Source of the DNA: an uncultured Limibaculum sp.
GTDB taxonomy: Bacteria; Pseudomonadota; Alphaproteobacteria; Rhodobacterales; Rhodobacteraceae
DNA: 64,000 nucleotides
NCBI GenBank assembly: GCA_964576075.1
Contig: CAZNTX010000009.1
Coordinates: 992 to 64,991, forward strand
Direction of reading: 5' to 3'
The notes under the pieces: generated by a model
Told to the model about the DNA's origin: nothing
Databases searched by the model: none
What the model saw: the letters and a program-made list of their open reading frames with translations, nothing else
Made by a program: the position numbers and the translations under genes
Part shown: piece by piece, positions 30,017-40,520 of the stretch
How positions within the stretch are numbered: the stretch's first letter is position 1
How the letters are laid out: the number at the start of each line of letters is the position of its first letter

Positions 30017-30097
30017 CACGTCCCCGCGCCCAATCCGCGCATGGGGGTGGTATACTCGGTAACAGACCGAGTCCGCTCGCCAAGGAGACCATCCCCG

Positions 30098-31192
30098 ATG
30101 CCCGCCAAGATCACCGCGCCCGTCGGCAAGGGCGCCAAGAACGAGCCGAAGGACGTCGAGACCGTCAAGGAGCTCCTCAACCCCTTCTCCAAGATCGCCG
30201 GCTTCCCCAAGCTCAAGGTCGACGGCACGGCGACGCCCAAGCTCCACGACGCCATCGGCAAGTTCCAGCTCCATGTCTGCGGGTTCAAGCCGGACTACCG
30301 CGTCGACCCCGGCAAGCGCTCGATGAAAACCCTGCTCGCCGGCCCCTCCAAGGCCAAGGCCGAGCAGCAGAAGACGGAGAAGGCCGGCGAGAAGGCCAAG
30401 ACCGCCGAGAAGGAGAAGGCGCGCAAGGAAGCCGCCGCGGCAGCCGAGGCGGCGCGGAAGACCGTCGTCAAGAACCCGAAAAAGGACGATGCGTCATCGG
30501 GTTGGGATCAGCTCTTCAAAGACCTCGAGGGGTATGCCGAGGCGCTCTTCGAGGAGTATTTCGGCAAGGAGACCAAGGCCGGCAAATCCGCCGAGGAGGC
30601 CGCGAAGAAAGCCGCGGAGCAGGCTGGCAAGGCGGTCAAGAAGAAGGCGACCGAGGAGGCCAAGAAGAAGCAGAAGGAGATCGAGAAGATCGGCGGCGAG
30701 TCCGCGGACGACCTGAAGCCCTCGCGCGGGGTCGTGCAGGGGCCGATCGCGGGCGTCGACAAGAAGATCGTCAACGTGCTGTTCGAGGTCTCCGCCTTCT
30801 ACGAGAAGCCGATCGTCGTCACCTCGGGCCTGCGCAGCCCGCAGAAGCAGGGCGAGGTGATGTTCAAGTATTGGGCCAGCAACCTCGACCGAGGCAAGAT
30901 CTACGGCCTGTTGAAGAAGGACGAGACGCTGCGCAAGAAGCTCGACGATCACTTCAACAAGGGCGAGAAGAAGCAGTTCGTCGATCTGATCAAGCCGAAC
31001 GCCAAATGGTTCTCGCGGCATGTGCGCGGCCTGGCGGTCGATATCAAGAAAAGTACGGACAAGAAGATGCTGGATGCACTCGGCACCGTGCTGCGCCATC
31101 TGCCGGAGAACCTCTGCCACCACTTCGACGACCGCGGCAAGACGGTGCCCTCCAAGATCCCCGAGAGCGTCAAGAAGACCTGGAAGAAATAG
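30098..31192 (+). CDS. Lys-rich protein: PG-binding-like N-terminus, charged linker, M15-like zinc peptidase C-terminus
   Basis: N-terminus VGKGAKNEPKDVETVKELLN..LKVDG..IGKFQ..DYRVDPG. C-terminus VVTSGLRS...Q, SRHVRGLAVDI, E..CHHFD. AAGGAG RBS; no signal peptide. Confidence 0.75.
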   Translation: MPAKITAPVGKGAKNEPKDVETVKELLNPFSKIAGFPKLKVDGTATPKLHDAIGKFQLHVCGFKPDYRVDPGKRSMKTLLAGPSKAKAEQQKTEKAGEKAKTAEKEKARKEAAAAAEAARKTVVKNPKKDDASSGWDQLFKDLEGYAEALFEEYFGKETKAGKSAEEAAKKAAEQAGKAVKKKATEEAKKKQKEIEKIGGESADDLKPSRGVVQGPIAGVDKKIVNVLFEVSAFYEKPIVVTSGLRSPQKQGEVMFKYWASNLDRGKIYGLLKKDETLRKKLDDHFNKGEKKQFVDLIKPNAKWFSRHVRGLAVDIKKSTDKKMLDALGTVLRHLPENLCHHFDDRGKTVPSKIPESVKKTWKK

Positions 31193-31229
31193 CGGTTGGC
31201 GGGCCCCGGGTGCGCCCTATAACCCGGTC

Positions 31230-31752
31230 ATGAACGAAGTTTTCGCCGCCCTCCTGCTCGCTCAAGCGCCGCTCGTCGTCTGCGGTCCCGCCGCCGTCGC
31301 CGGGTTCTCCGAGGGCGCGCCGGTGGACACCTGGGCGATCGAGAACCGATCGACGGAGGCGTGGTCGGTCGCGCGCGTCGAGATCGCGCTCGCCGGCTCG
31401 GCCGGGCGGCTGGTGTTCGACACGGCCCCGGGCGGGGGCGGGCGCAACGTCTCCCAACCCTTCCGGGCCATGGGGGGCGCCGCGGCCCTCTCCGCAGAGC
31501 CCGAGGTGCCGGACGGGGCGGGGTTCCTCGCGCTCGATTTCGCCCGGTTTCCCGCCGCGGCCCGCTTCCTCTTCACCATCGATATGGACGACCGGATCAC
31601 CGGCTATGGCGGCACGACGGTCGCAGGCTCCGAGGTCGCGGGGGGCGCGCCTCACCGTCACCTTCCGCCATGCCGACGGGGGAGAGGCGACGCATGCGGG
31701 GCTGTTCGACCCGCAGGGCGAGGCCGTCGCCGCCGCCTCCTGCCTCTCCTGA
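31230..31752 (+). pseudogene. Secreted 'aggregation factor core'-like protein interrupted by a +1 frameshift in a G6 run
   Basis: [33 protein letters not shown] continues in another frame as [20 protein letters not shown]-stop (31752). Removing one G from 31640-31645 gives a clean 173-aa ORF. Confidence 0.7.
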
Positions 31753-31756
31753 CCCG

Positions 31757-31909
31757 ATGGCGCGGATGCGCAAGAAGGGCGATCTGCCGCAGAAGACCTG
31801 CGCCGCCTGCGGCCTGCCCTTCGCCTGGCGCAAGAAATGGGCGCGCGTCTGGGACGAGGTGCGCTATTGCTCCGAGCGCTGCCGCCGCGCCGCCAAGACC
31901 CGCGGCTGA
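31757..31909 (+). CDS. DUF2256 family small Cys-rich protein
   Basis: [37 protein letters not shown] signature. Confidence 0.92.
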   Translation: MARMRKKGDLPQKTCAACGLPFAWRKKWARVWDEVRYCSERCRRAAKTRG

Positions 31910-31912
31910 GCC

Positions 31913-32872
31913 TCAGGCGAGCCCCTTCGCCCCCATCGCCACGAATTTGGCGCGGCGCTCGGCGCGCACCGCCTCGCGCGAGAGGGGGGTGAGCTCTGAC
32001 AGCGCCGCCGAGATCGCCGCGCCCACCGCGTCGATGGTCGCCTCCGGCGCGCGCTGGGCGCCGCCCAAGGGCTCCTCGACCACGGCATCGCAGACCCCGA
32101 GCTTCAGGAGATCCTGCGCGGTGAGGCGGAGCGCCGTGGCCGCCTCGCGCATCTTCTCGGCGTTCTTCCAGAGGATAGAGGCGCAGCCCTCCGGCGAGAT
32201 CACCGAATAGACCGAGTGCTCGAGCATGATCACCCGGTTGCCGGTGGCGAAGGCCACCGCCCCGCCGGAGCCGCCCTCCCCGATCACCACCGTCACGAGC
32301 GGCACGCCGAGGCGCAGGCAGGTCTCGGTCGCGCGCGCGATCGCCTCGGCCTGCCCGCGCTCCTCCGCGCCCTTGCCGGGATAGGCGCCCGGCGTGTCGA
32401 CGAGGGTGACGACGGGCAGGCCGAAGCGGTCGGCGAGCTCCATCAGCCGCACCGCCTTGCGATAGCCCTCCGGCCGGGCCATGCCGAAATTGCGCTCGAG
32501 CCGGGTCTTGGTGTCGCGCCCCTTCTCGTGGCCGATCACCACGCAGGGGCGGTCCTCGAACCGGGCGAGGCCGCCCACGACCGCATGGTCCTCGGCGAAA
32601 TTGCGATCTCCCGCGAGGGCCATGTAGTCGGCGAAGAGCCGGTCGATATAGTCGGTCGCGTGGGGGCGGTCAGGGTGGCGGGCGACCTGGCATTTCCGCC
32701 AGGGGGAGAGGTCGGCGTAGAGTTCCGAGAGCATCTCCTCGGCGCGGCTGTCGAGCGCCTCGGCCTCCTCCTCGAGATCGAGTTCGGGGTTTTGCCGGGC
32801 GAGCGCGCGCAGCTCCTCCGCCTTGCCCTGAAGCTCCGCGAGCCCCTTCTCGAAGTCGAGATAATGCGCCAT
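31913..32872 (-). CDS. accA: Acetyl-CoA carboxylase carboxyltransferase alpha subunit
   Basis: [40 protein letters not shown] and [10 protein letters not shown]. Confidence 0.97.
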   Translation of the reverse strand: MAHYLDFEKGLAELQGKAEELRALARQNPELDLEEEAEALDSRAEEMLSELYADLSPWRKCQVARHPDRPHATDYIDRLFADYMALAGDRNFAEDHAVVGGLARFEDRPCVVIGHEKGRDTKTRLERNFGMARPEGYRKAVRLMELADRFGLPVVTLVDTPGAYPGKGAEERGQAEAIARATETCLRLGVPLVTVVIGEGGSGGAVAFATGNRVIMLEHSVYSVISPEGCASILWKNAEKMREAATALRLTAQDLLKLGVCDAVVEEPLGGAQRAPEATIDAVGAAISAALSELTPLSREAVRAERRAKFVAMGAKGLA

Positions 32873-33093
32873 GCCGCCTCCCCTGGATCGCCGCTCACAT
32901 AGGGCAGCCGGGGCGCGCGGCGCAAGCGGGCGGAGAGGCGGGAGGGAGCCGATGCGCCTCGGCTCGGTCGATGGGCGCGATCCGCACTCGGGGGGCCGAT
33001 CCGCGGCGCAGGCCGGAGGCAGCGCTGCGGAGCGCCATCCCCGGCCCCGCGCCCGGGGGGAGCCGGGGCGGACGGCCGCCCCGGCGGGAGCGA

Positions 33094-33573
33094 TCACTCG
33101 GGCAGGATCACCGTGTCGATCACGTGGATCACGCCGTTGGTGGCCTCGATGTCGGCCTGGGTGACGGTGGCGCCGTCGATGGTCACGCCGTCGGTCGCGT
33201 CGATCTCGACGGTCGAGCCCTGCACGGTCTCGGGCGAGAGCGTCTGGCCCGCGATGTCGGCGGACATCACCTTGCCGGGGATCACGTGATAGGTCAGCAC
33301 CGCCTGGAGCTGCCCCTTGTTCTCGGGCTTCAGAAGGTCCTCGACGGTGCCCTCGGGGAGCTTGGCGAAGGCCTCGTCCGTCGGGGCGAAGACGGTGAAG
33401 GGACCCTCGCCCTTGAGCGTCTCGACGAGATCGGCGGCCTGCACGGCGGCCACGAGCGTCTGGAAGGAGCCGGCGCCGACGGCGGTGTCGACGATGTCCT
33501 TCTCCGCCGCGCCGGCGGCGGGGGCGGTGGCGATGAGCCCGGCGAGGGCGGTCGCGGTCAGGAAGCTGCGCAT
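33094..33573 (-). CDS. Fasciclin (FAS1) domain secreted protein
   Basis: Signal peptide, then [32 protein letters not shown] and [13 protein letters not shown]. Confidence 0.95.
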   Translation of the reverse strand: MRSFLTATALAGLIATAPAAGAAEKDIVDTAVGAGSFQTLVAAVQAADLVETLKGEGPFTVFAPTDEAFAKLPEGTVEDLLKPENKGQLQAVLTYHVIPGKVMSADIAGQTLSPETVQGSTVEIDATDGVTIDGATVTQADIEATNGVIHVIDTVILPE

Positions 33574-33752
33574 TCTGTCGTCTCCCGGTTGCAAAAACAC
33601 GCCGCGGAATGCGGCGTCGCCGGGGAAGATGGCGCGCCCTGCCCCGTGTCGACGGGCCAAGGCGCTGATCGCGCGGGTTTTTCTCCCGTCGGCAGGGGGC
33701 GCCGACCCGTGGGAAATGTTCCCCCGAAGCCTCGACCCCGCCCCGCCCCGCC

Positions 33753-34403
33753 CTAGGCGCGCCGCCGCGCGACGAGCCCGAGCCCCGCGATCGCCGCGAG
33801 CGCGAGCGGCAGCGTCGCGGGCAGCGGGATCGTCGAGGTCGAGCCCTCGAGCCGCAGGAAGGCGGTGCCGGGCCGCGCGAACTGCACCGCGTTCCCGGCG
33901 AGCTGGACCGTGGTGGAGGCGGCGGAGATCAGATTCTCCCCCTGCACCCCGCCGAGCCCGTCTCCTGGCAGGCTCGCCGCGCCGCCGGCCACCCCGATCC
34001 AGTAGGTCCCCGGATCGAGGACCAGCGTGACGGGCACGCCGCGCCGCGCGAGCGTGTCCGTCGCGTCGCCGTCGAAATCGACCACCGACACGGTGCTGTC
34101 GATGCTGAAGAGCAGCGCGCCGGGGACCGCCCCGCCGTCGCCGAAGATCTTGACCGTAGCGGCCCCGCCGACGGTGCCGGAGTCCGCCGCGGCGAAACTG
34201 TCGATCCGAGACACCCGGGCGCGCTCGTCGAGCACGATCCGCGTGGCGAAGTTCTGATCGTCGTAGATGTTGGTCGCGGTGCCCGTAAAGCTCCCGAGCC
34301 CGATGGCGTCGGGGCTCAGATCGACGAGAACGGCGGCACGGGCGGGAAGCAGGACCAGAGACAACACGGCGGCCACGAGGCCGGACAGCACGAACACGCG
34401 CAT
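33753..34403 (-). CDS. VPLPA-CTERM (PEP-CTERM) surface protein
   Basis: Signal peptide and C-terminal [26 protein letters not shown], with an AAGGAGG RBS. Confidence 0.88.
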   Translation of the reverse strand: MRVFVLSGLVAAVLSLVLLPARAAVLVDLSPDAIGLGSFTGTATNIYDDQNFATRIVLDERARVSRIDSFAAADSGTVGGAATVKIFGDGGAVPGALLFSIDSTVSVVDFDGDATDTLARRGVPVTLVLDPGTYWIGVAGGAASLPGDGLGGVQGENLISAASTTVQLAGNAVQFARPGTAFLRLEGSTSTIPLPATLPLALAAIAGLGLVARRRA

Positions 34404-34485
34404 GAAACCCTCCTTGGATTAAAATCACGAAGGGTTCTACAGGAAGCGCGCGATTCGGCCAATGCCGCAGCGGCAATCGGTCGGC

Positions 34486-35325
34486 TCAAGAATCGCCCCC
34501 GGGCAGGAGGCTCGCGAAATCGAAGGCCGCCGGGTCGGCGAGATGGGAGGGCCGGAGATTGGTCAGCGCCTTGAACATCACCGCCCGCCGCCCGGGCGCC
34601 CGCCGCTCCCAGTCGTCGAGCATCGCCTTCACCTGTGCCCGCTGCAGCCCCTCCTGCGAGCCGCAGAGATCGCAGGGAATGATCGGGAAGCCCATCGCAC
34701 GGGCGAACCTCGCGCAGTCCGCCTCCGCCACATGGCTGAGCGGGCGCAGCACCAAGAGATCCCCCTCCTCGTTCAGCAGCTTCGGCGGCATCGCCGCGAG
34801 CCGCCCGCCATGGAAGAGGTTGAGCAGGAAGGTCTCCAGGATGTCGTCGCGGTGATGGCCGAGGACCACCGCCTCGCAGCCCTCCTCCCGCGCGATCCGA
34901 TAGAGATGGCCCCGGCGCAGCCGCGAGCAGAGCGCGCAATAGGTCTTGGTCGCGGGGACCTTGTCGGTGACGACCGAATAGGTGTCCCGATACTCGATCC
35001 GATGCGCCACCCGAAGGCGGGAGAGGAACTCCGGCAGGACGCCCGAGGGAAATCCCGGCTGCCCCTGGTCGAGATTGCAGGCGAGCAGGTCGACCGGCAA
35101 GAGCCCCCGCCAGCGCAGCTCGAGCAGCACCGCGAGCAGCGTGTAGCTGTCCTTCCCCCCGGAGAGGCAGACGAGCCAGCGCGCGCCGGGCCGGACCATC
35201 GCATAGGCATCGAGCGCCTCCCGCGTCTCGCGCAGAAGACGCTTCCTCAGCTTGCGGAACTCGAGGCTGTCCGGAGCCCCCGCATAGAGCCGCTCGATGA
35301 TGTGTTCGTCGGTCGCATCCAGCAT
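34486..35325 (-). CDS. ttcA: tRNA 2-thiocytidine biosynthesis protein TtcA
   Basis: [40 protein letters not shown] and [10 protein letters not shown]. Confidence 0.96.
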   Translation of the reverse strand: MLDATDEHIIERLYAGAPDSLEFRKLRKRLLRETREALDAYAMVRPGARWLVCLSGGKDSYTLLAVLLELRWRGLLPVDLLACNLDQGQPGFPSGVLPEFLSRLRVAHRIEYRDTYSVVTDKVPATKTYCALCSRLRRGHLYRIAREEGCEAVVLGHHRDDILETFLLNLFHGGRLAAMPPKLLNEEGDLLVLRPLSHVAEADCARFARAMGFPIIPCDLCGSQEGLQRAQVKAMLDDWERRAPGRRAVMFKALTNLRPSHLADPAAFDFASLLPGGDS

Positions 35326-35558
35326 GGACGGGGATATACCGCCTGGCGCGATCCGGCGGAAGGGCCGGGCTGTGCCCCGAGGCCGCCTCGCCCGGTTGGC
35401 CGGCGGGGCTGGGCGCTCGGAAAGGGGGCTCGGCCTCGGCCGACCTCTCGCCGGGCGCGGGTCCGGCGTCTCGGCCCGCCGGGCAAGGGGAGGCTTGCGC
35501 GGCCCGGACGGGCTTGCGATATTCCCAGCGGACCATATCGCAGGCAGGAGGCCGCCGA

Positions 35559-36350
35559 ATGGCGCATCGTCTTCCCGGGCCCGTCGTCATGCCCGTCCGC
35601 GCGCCCGTCGCGGCGGCGCTCGCGGCCTTGGCGCTCGCGGTCCCGGCGGCGGGGGCGGAGCGGGTCACCGTCTTCGCCGCGGCGAGCCTCGCCGAGGCCA
35701 TGGCGGAGATCGCAGCCGGCTTCGAGGCGGCGACCGGGCACGCGGCGGTCGTCTCGCTCGCCGGCTCCTCGGCCCTCGCCCGCCAGATCCAGCGCGGCGC
35801 GCCGGCCGACATCTTCGTCTCGGCCAATCCGGGCTGGATGGACGCGCTCGAGGCAGACGGGCTGCTCGAACCGGGCAGCCGGGTCGATCTCCTCTCGAAC
35901 CGCCTCGTCCTCGTCGGCCATGGGCGGGAGGCGCCCCCGCTCGACCCGGAGGCCGATCTCGCGGCCCGGCTCGGCGAGGGGCGCCTCGCCATGGCGCTCG
36001 TCGACGCCGTGCCCGCGGGCATCTACGGCAAGGCGGCGCTGCAGCACCTCGGGCTCTGGGAGGATGTCGCGGGCCGCGTCGCGCAGGCCGACAATGTCCG
36101 CGCGGCGCTCGCCCTCGTGGCGACCGGGGCCGCGCCTCTCGGGATCGTCTATGCGACGGACGCGGTCGCCGAGGACGACGTGACCGTCCTCGCCACCTTC
36201 CCACCCGAGAGCCATCCGCCGATCCTCTACCCCGCCGCCGATCTCGCCACCCGGGACACCGCCGCGGAGGAGGCCTTCCTCGCCTATCTCCGGGGCGCTG
36301 AGGCGCGGGCGGCCTTCGAGCGGCAAGGCTTTCGCGTCCTCGTCGAGTGA
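35559..36350 (+). CDS. modA: Molybdate ABC transporter substrate-binding protein
   Basis: [37 protein letters not shown] and GIVYATDA. Confidence 0.93.
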   Translation: MAHRLPGPVVMPVRAPVAAALAALALAVPAAGAERVTVFAAASLAEAMAEIAAGFEAATGHAAVVSLAGSSALARQIQRGAPADIFVSANPGWMDALEADGLLEPGSRVDLLSNRLVLVGHGREAPPLDPEADLAARLGEGRLAMALVDAVPAGIYGKAALQHLGLWEDVAGRVAQADNVRAALALVATGAAPLGIVYATDAVAEDDVTVLATFPPESHPPILYPAADLATRDTAAEEAFLAYLRGAEARAAFERQGFRVLVE

Positions 36351-37045
36351 GCATGGACTGGCTCGGCCCCGAGGAATGGGAGGCGGTCGCGCTCTCGATC
36401 CGGGTCTCGGCCTGGGCGACGGCGGCGAGCCTGCCCCTCGGCATCCTCGCGGCCTATGCGCTGGCGCGCTGGCGCTTCCCGGGCAAGCAGCTCCTCAACG
36501 GGCTGGTGCATCTGCCGCTGATCCTGCCGCCGGTGGTGACGGGCTATCTCCTGCTCCTCGCCTTCGGGCCGCAGGGTCCGGTCGGGCGGCTCCTCGCGGA
36601 GGCCGGCATCGTCCTCGCCTTCCGATGGACGGGGGCGGCGCTCGCCGCCGCGGTGATGGCCTTCCCGCTGATGGTCCGCGCGATCCGGCTCTCCATCGAG
36701 GCGGTGGACTCGAAGCTCGAGGACGGGGCCGCGACGCTCGGGGCCGCGCCGATCTGGGTGTTCCTCACCGTGACCCTGCCGATGGCGCTGCCCGGGATCG
36801 TCGCCGGCGCCATCCTCGCCTTCGCCAAGGCGATGGGGGAGTTCGGCGCCACCATCACCTTCGTCTCCAACATCCCCGGCGAGACGCGCACCGTCCCCTC
36901 GGCGATCTACGCCTTCCTCCAGGTGCCGGGGGGTGAGGGGGCGGCCCTGCGCCTCGTGCTCGTCTCGGTCGCCGTGGCGATGGCCGCGCTCCTCCTCTCG
37001 GAGATCGTCGGGCGGCGGGTCGCGGCGCGGGTCGGGGGGCGCTGA
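36347..37045 (+). CDS. modB: Molybdate ABC transporter permease
   Basis: LVHLPLILPPVVTGYLLL, FPLMVRAIRL and KAMGEFGATI. The start overlaps the modA stop. Confidence 0.95.
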   Translation: MSMDWLGPEEWEAVALSIRVSAWATAASLPLGILAAYALARWRFPGKQLLNGLVHLPLILPPVVTGYLLLLAFGPQGPVGRLLAEAGIVLAFRWTGAALAAAVMAFPLMVRAIRLSIEAVDSKLEDGAATLGAAPIWVFLTVTLPMALPGIVAGAILAFAKAMGEFGATITFVSNIPGETRTVPSAIYAFLQVPGGEGAALRLVLVSVAVAMAALLLSEIVGRRVAARVGGR

Positions 37046-38148
37046 TGCTCGAGGTCGCGCTCCGCCACGCCTTCGCCGGCTTCACGCTCGATGCGAGCTT
37101 CGCCGCGCCCCCGGGGGTGACGGTGCTCTTCGGCCGCTCCGGCTCGGGGAAGACGACGGTGGTCAACGCGGTCGCGGGCCTCCTCGCGCCGGACCGGGGG
37201 CGCATCGCGCTCGACGGGCGGGCGCTGCTCGACACCGAGGCGGGCCTCTGCCTGCCCCCCCATCGCCGCCGTGTCGGCTACATCTTCCAGGAGGGCCGGC
37301 TCTTCCCGCATATGACGGTGCGCCAGAACCTGCGCTACGGCCAATGGTTCGCGCCCCGGGGCGCAGCGCGGGAGCCGCTCTCCCGGGTCGTCGACCTCCT
37401 CGGCATCGGCCCCCTGCTCGACCGCCGCCCGGGCGCGCTCTCAGGCGGGGAGAAGCAGCGCGTCGCGATCGGTCGCGCGCTCCTCGCCGCGCCGCGCCTC
37501 CTCCTCGCGGACGAGCCCCTCGCCGCCCTAGACGAGGCGCGCAAGGCCGAGATCCTCCCCTATTTCGAGCGGCTGCGCGACGAGGTGTCGGTGCCGATCC
37601 TCTATGTCAGCCACGCCGCCTCCGAGGTCGCCCGACTCGCCACCACGGTGGTCGCGCTCGAGGCGGGACGGGTGGTGCGCCAGGGCCCCGCGGCGGAGGT
37701 GCTCGCCGACCCCTCGGTCCTGCCCGCGGGCGCGCGCGAGGCCGGTGCGGTGCTGACCGCCCGGGTCGCGCGCCACCATGCGGACGGGCTGACCGAGCTC
37801 GAGATCGGCGGCGCGGCGCTTCTCCTCCCCCGCATCGCGGAGGCGCCGGGGCGGCCGGTTCGGGTCCGGGTCGCGGCGCATGACGTCATCCTGTCGCTGG
37901 GCCGGCCCGAGGGGCTCTCCGCGCTGAACATCCTGCCCGGGACGGTGCGCGAGATCCGCACGGGCGCAGGCCCCGGCGCGCTGGTGGCGCTCGAGACGCC
38001 GGCCGGCCGGCTGCTCGCCCGCATCACCCGGCGCTCGGCCGAGGCGCTCGGCCTTGCCCCCGGCATCGAGGCGCATGCGGTGATCAAGGCCGTCGCCGTC
38101 GCCCCGGCCGATATCGGCGCCGCCCGCGGCCCCCGCCAGACGGACTGA
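37045..38148 (+). CDS. modC: Molybdate ABC transporter ATPase with TOBE domain
   Basis: GRSGSGKT, LPPHRRRVGYIFQE, LSGGEKQR, LADEP, LYVSH and SALNILPG..VIKAV. Confidence 0.95.
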   Translation: MLEVALRHAFAGFTLDASFAAPPGVTVLFGRSGSGKTTVVNAVAGLLAPDRGRIALDGRALLDTEAGLCLPPHRRRVGYIFQEGRLFPHMTVRQNLRYGQWFAPRGAAREPLSRVVDLLGIGPLLDRRPGALSGGEKQRVAIGRALLAAPRLLLADEPLAALDEARKAEILPYFERLRDEVSVPILYVSHAASEVARLATTVVALEAGRVVRQGPAAEVLADPSVLPAGAREAGAVLTARVARHHADGLTELEIGGAALLLPRIAEAPGRPVRVRVAAHDVILSLGRPEGLSALNILPGTVREIRTGAGPGALVALETPAGRLLARITRRSAEALGLAPGIEAHAVIKAVAVAPADIGAARGPRQTD

Positions 38149-38199
38149 GGCCCTCGGCCCGGGACGCGCGTCGGGCCGCGCCTGGGGGGACGGCGAGGA

Positions 38200-38425
38200 T
38201 TGCGTCGAGCGGGGCGGTGCTGTCGGCGCGGGGCGCCAGACCGTGGCGGACGATCCGCGGACCCGGACGGGCGGCGGTGCGGCCCTCCGCCTCGGAGAGC
38301 CGGACCATCTTCGCGCGGCGATCGGGCTCGGCGGGGCGCTCTGCGAGGGCGCGGAAATACGCCTCCCCCTCGCTCTCCTCCTCGTCAAAGCGCAGCAGCG
38401 TCGGCGGGTAGTCGGGATGCAGCGG
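38200..38425 (-). pseudogene. Eroded remnant of a conserved hypothetical (possibly ferritin-like) gene
   Basis: DYPPTLLRFDEEESEGEAYFRALAER..RAKMVRLSEAE..RHGLAPR resembles the N-terminus of a Rhodobacterales hypothetical family (recollection). There is no start codon or plausible C-terminus. Confidence 0.4.
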
Positions 38426-38441
38426 CGCGGCGATGGCGGGG

Positions 38442-40400
38442 TCAGATCTCGCGGGCGGCGAGCGCCCCTTCGGCGATGGCGATGTGGACCTGCCGGGGGG
38501 CGACGCAGTCTCCCACGGCGCGCATCGGGCGGCCCCCGGCCCCGGCCGCCTCGGCGAGGTCCGCGCGGGTCTCGGCACCGTGCCAGTCGACCACCATCTG
38601 CACCTCCTCGATCCGGCTCCGGGCGCCGCTGAAGACGTTCTCGGTCACGACCGCCCCGGGCTCGAGGGCCACGACCCGCTCGGACGGGTGGAAGCGCGCC
38701 CCGCCCGAGAGGAGGCGTCGGTAGATCGGGCTGCGCACCGTGGGCGTCACGAGCTCCCCGACGGCCACCTCCTCGGTGACGACGGCCACCCGGTTGCGGT
38801 CGAGGAGCGCATCGGCCGCGGAGAGGGCGGCCCGCCCGCCGCCTTCGTCGATCACCACGACGCCGAGGCCCTCTGGCGGCGCGGCGATCGCCTGCCAGGG
38901 ATCGACCACGCGGATCCCGGCGGTCTCCGCCCCTGGGATCGGCAGGGGGCGCCGCGGCCTCGCGCCGGTGGCGAGGACCACCGCATCGGCCTCGAGGGCT
39001 GCGACCGCCTCGGCGTCGAGCCGCAGGCCGGTCCGGATCTCGACCTGGAGCCGGGTGAGCTGGCCCTCGAACCAATCGAGGGTGCGGGCGAACTCGCGGG
39101 TCATCGGCGCCTCGGACCAGAGCCGGAGCTGCCCGCCGAGCCGCGCCTCCGCCTCGTAGAGCGTCACCCGGTGGCCGCGCTCGGCGGCGATGCGGGCCGC
39201 CTCGAGCCCCGCCGGGCCGCCGCCGATCACCGCCACCCGGCGCGGCCGCTCCGCCCGCGCACCCGCGGCCCAAGCCCGCTCCCGCCCCGCCACGGGGTTG
39301 TGGAAACAGCGGATCGGCTTGCCCGCGAAGGCGCGCGCGATGCAGAGATTGGCGCCGACGCAGGGGCGGATGTCCTCGGCCCGGCCCTCCTTCAGCTTGC
39401 GCACGAGATCGGGGTCGGAGATCTGCGCGCGCGTCATGCCCACCATGTCGGCCCGCCCCGCGGCGAGGATCTCCTCGGCCATCGCCGGATCGGTGATCCG
39501 CCCCGCCGTGAACACCGGGACCGCGACGGCCGCCTTGATCCGCGCGGCGAGCGGCACGAAGAGGCCGTGGGGCGCGGGCGTCGGCGGCCAGTGGTCCATC
39601 CGTCCCTGGCGGTCGTAATTGGTGCCGGCGATGATGTTGAGGTAGTCGAGCTCGCCCGTCTCGGTCAGGCGGCGGGCGATCTCCGCGAGCTCGTCGGGGC
39701 CGAGCCCGCCGGCGACACGCTCGTCGCCCGGGAGCCTGAGCCCGAGGATCCGGTTCGGGCCGAGCGCCGCGCGCACGGTGGAGATGACCCGCCGCGCGAA
39801 GCGCAGGCGGTTGTCGAGCGGGCCGCCGTAATCGTCCGTCCGGGCGTTCGAATAGGGCGAGAGGAAGGCCCCGAGGAGATAGCCGAAGGCGCCGAGAAGC
39901 TCGACCCCGTCGAGCCCGCCCGCGCGCACCCGGGCCGCCGCCGCGCCATGCGCCGCGACGATCTCGTCGATCTCGTCCGCGCTCATCTCCTTCGGCGTCT
40001 CGCGGGCGAGGCGGGACATCACCGGAGAGGGGGCGAGGAGCGGGCGGCCGGCCTCGGTGTCGTCGACCGTCGCGCCGGCATGGCCGAGCTGGACGAGAAA
40101 GCGCCCGCCCGCGCCGTGGACCGCCTCGGCGAGGCGGGCGAACTCCTCGACGATGCGCCCCGAGGAGGCGTCGATCCCCCGCCCCGCGCCGACCCCGCCG
40201 GTGCGGTGCACCGCCGAGGACCCGGAGATCTGCAGCCCCGCGCCCCCCTCCGCGCGCGCCCTCTGATAGGCGATGTAGTCCTCGGTCAGCCCGCCGCCGG
40301 CTTCGAGGCCGGGGACATGGGCCGTCACCAGCACCCGGTTGCGCAGGGTCGCCGGCCCGACCCGGATCGGCGAGAGGAGATGGGGAAACTCGGTCTGCAT
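38442..40400 (-). CDS. NADH:flavin oxidoreductase (OYE-like barrel plus Rossmann domain; amine dehydrogenase/DCR-like)
   Basis: LRNRVLVTAH, DGVEL..AFGYLLGAFLSPYSNARTDDYGG.LDNR, IRPCVGANLCI and VAVIGGGPAGLEAA. Confidence 0.9.
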   Translation of the reverse strand: MQTEFPHLLSPIRVGPATLRNRVLVTAHVPGLEAGGGLTEDYIAYQRARAEGGAGLQISGSSAVHRTGGVGAGRGIDASSGRIVEEFARLAEAVHGAGGRFLVQLGHAGATVDDTEAGRPLLAPSPVMSRLARETPKEMSADEIDEIVAAHGAAAARVRAGGLDGVELLGAFGYLLGAFLSPYSNARTDDYGGPLDNRLRFARRVISTVRAALGPNRILGLRLPGDERVAGGLGPDELAEIARRLTETGELDYLNIIAGTNYDRQGRMDHWPPTPAPHGLFVPLAARIKAAVAVPVFTAGRITDPAMAEEILAAGRADMVGMTRAQISDPDLVRKLKEGRAEDIRPCVGANLCIARAFAGKPIRCFHNPVAGRERAWAAGARAERPRRVAVIGGGPAGLEAARIAAERGHRVTLYEAEARLGGQLRLWSEAPMTREFARTLDWFEGQLTRLQVEIRTGLRLDAEAVAALEADAVVLATGARPRRPLPIPGAETAGIRVVDPWQAIAAPPEGLGVVVIDEGGGRAALSAADALLDRNRVAVVTEEVAVGELVTPTVRSPIYRRLLSGGARFHPSERVVALEPGAVVTENVFSGARSRIEEVQMVVDWHGAETRADLAEAAGAGGRPMRAVGDCVAPRQVHIAIAEGALAAREI

Positions 40401-40520
40401 GGGAACCCCCGCGGCTTGGCCCTCGCCAGAGCCTAGCACCGAAGCGCCGCCTGCGAAGCCTCCCTTTCCCCGGAGGTCCCGCCGACCGGGGGGCGGCGCC
40501 GATCGCCGCCCCCCGCGCGC

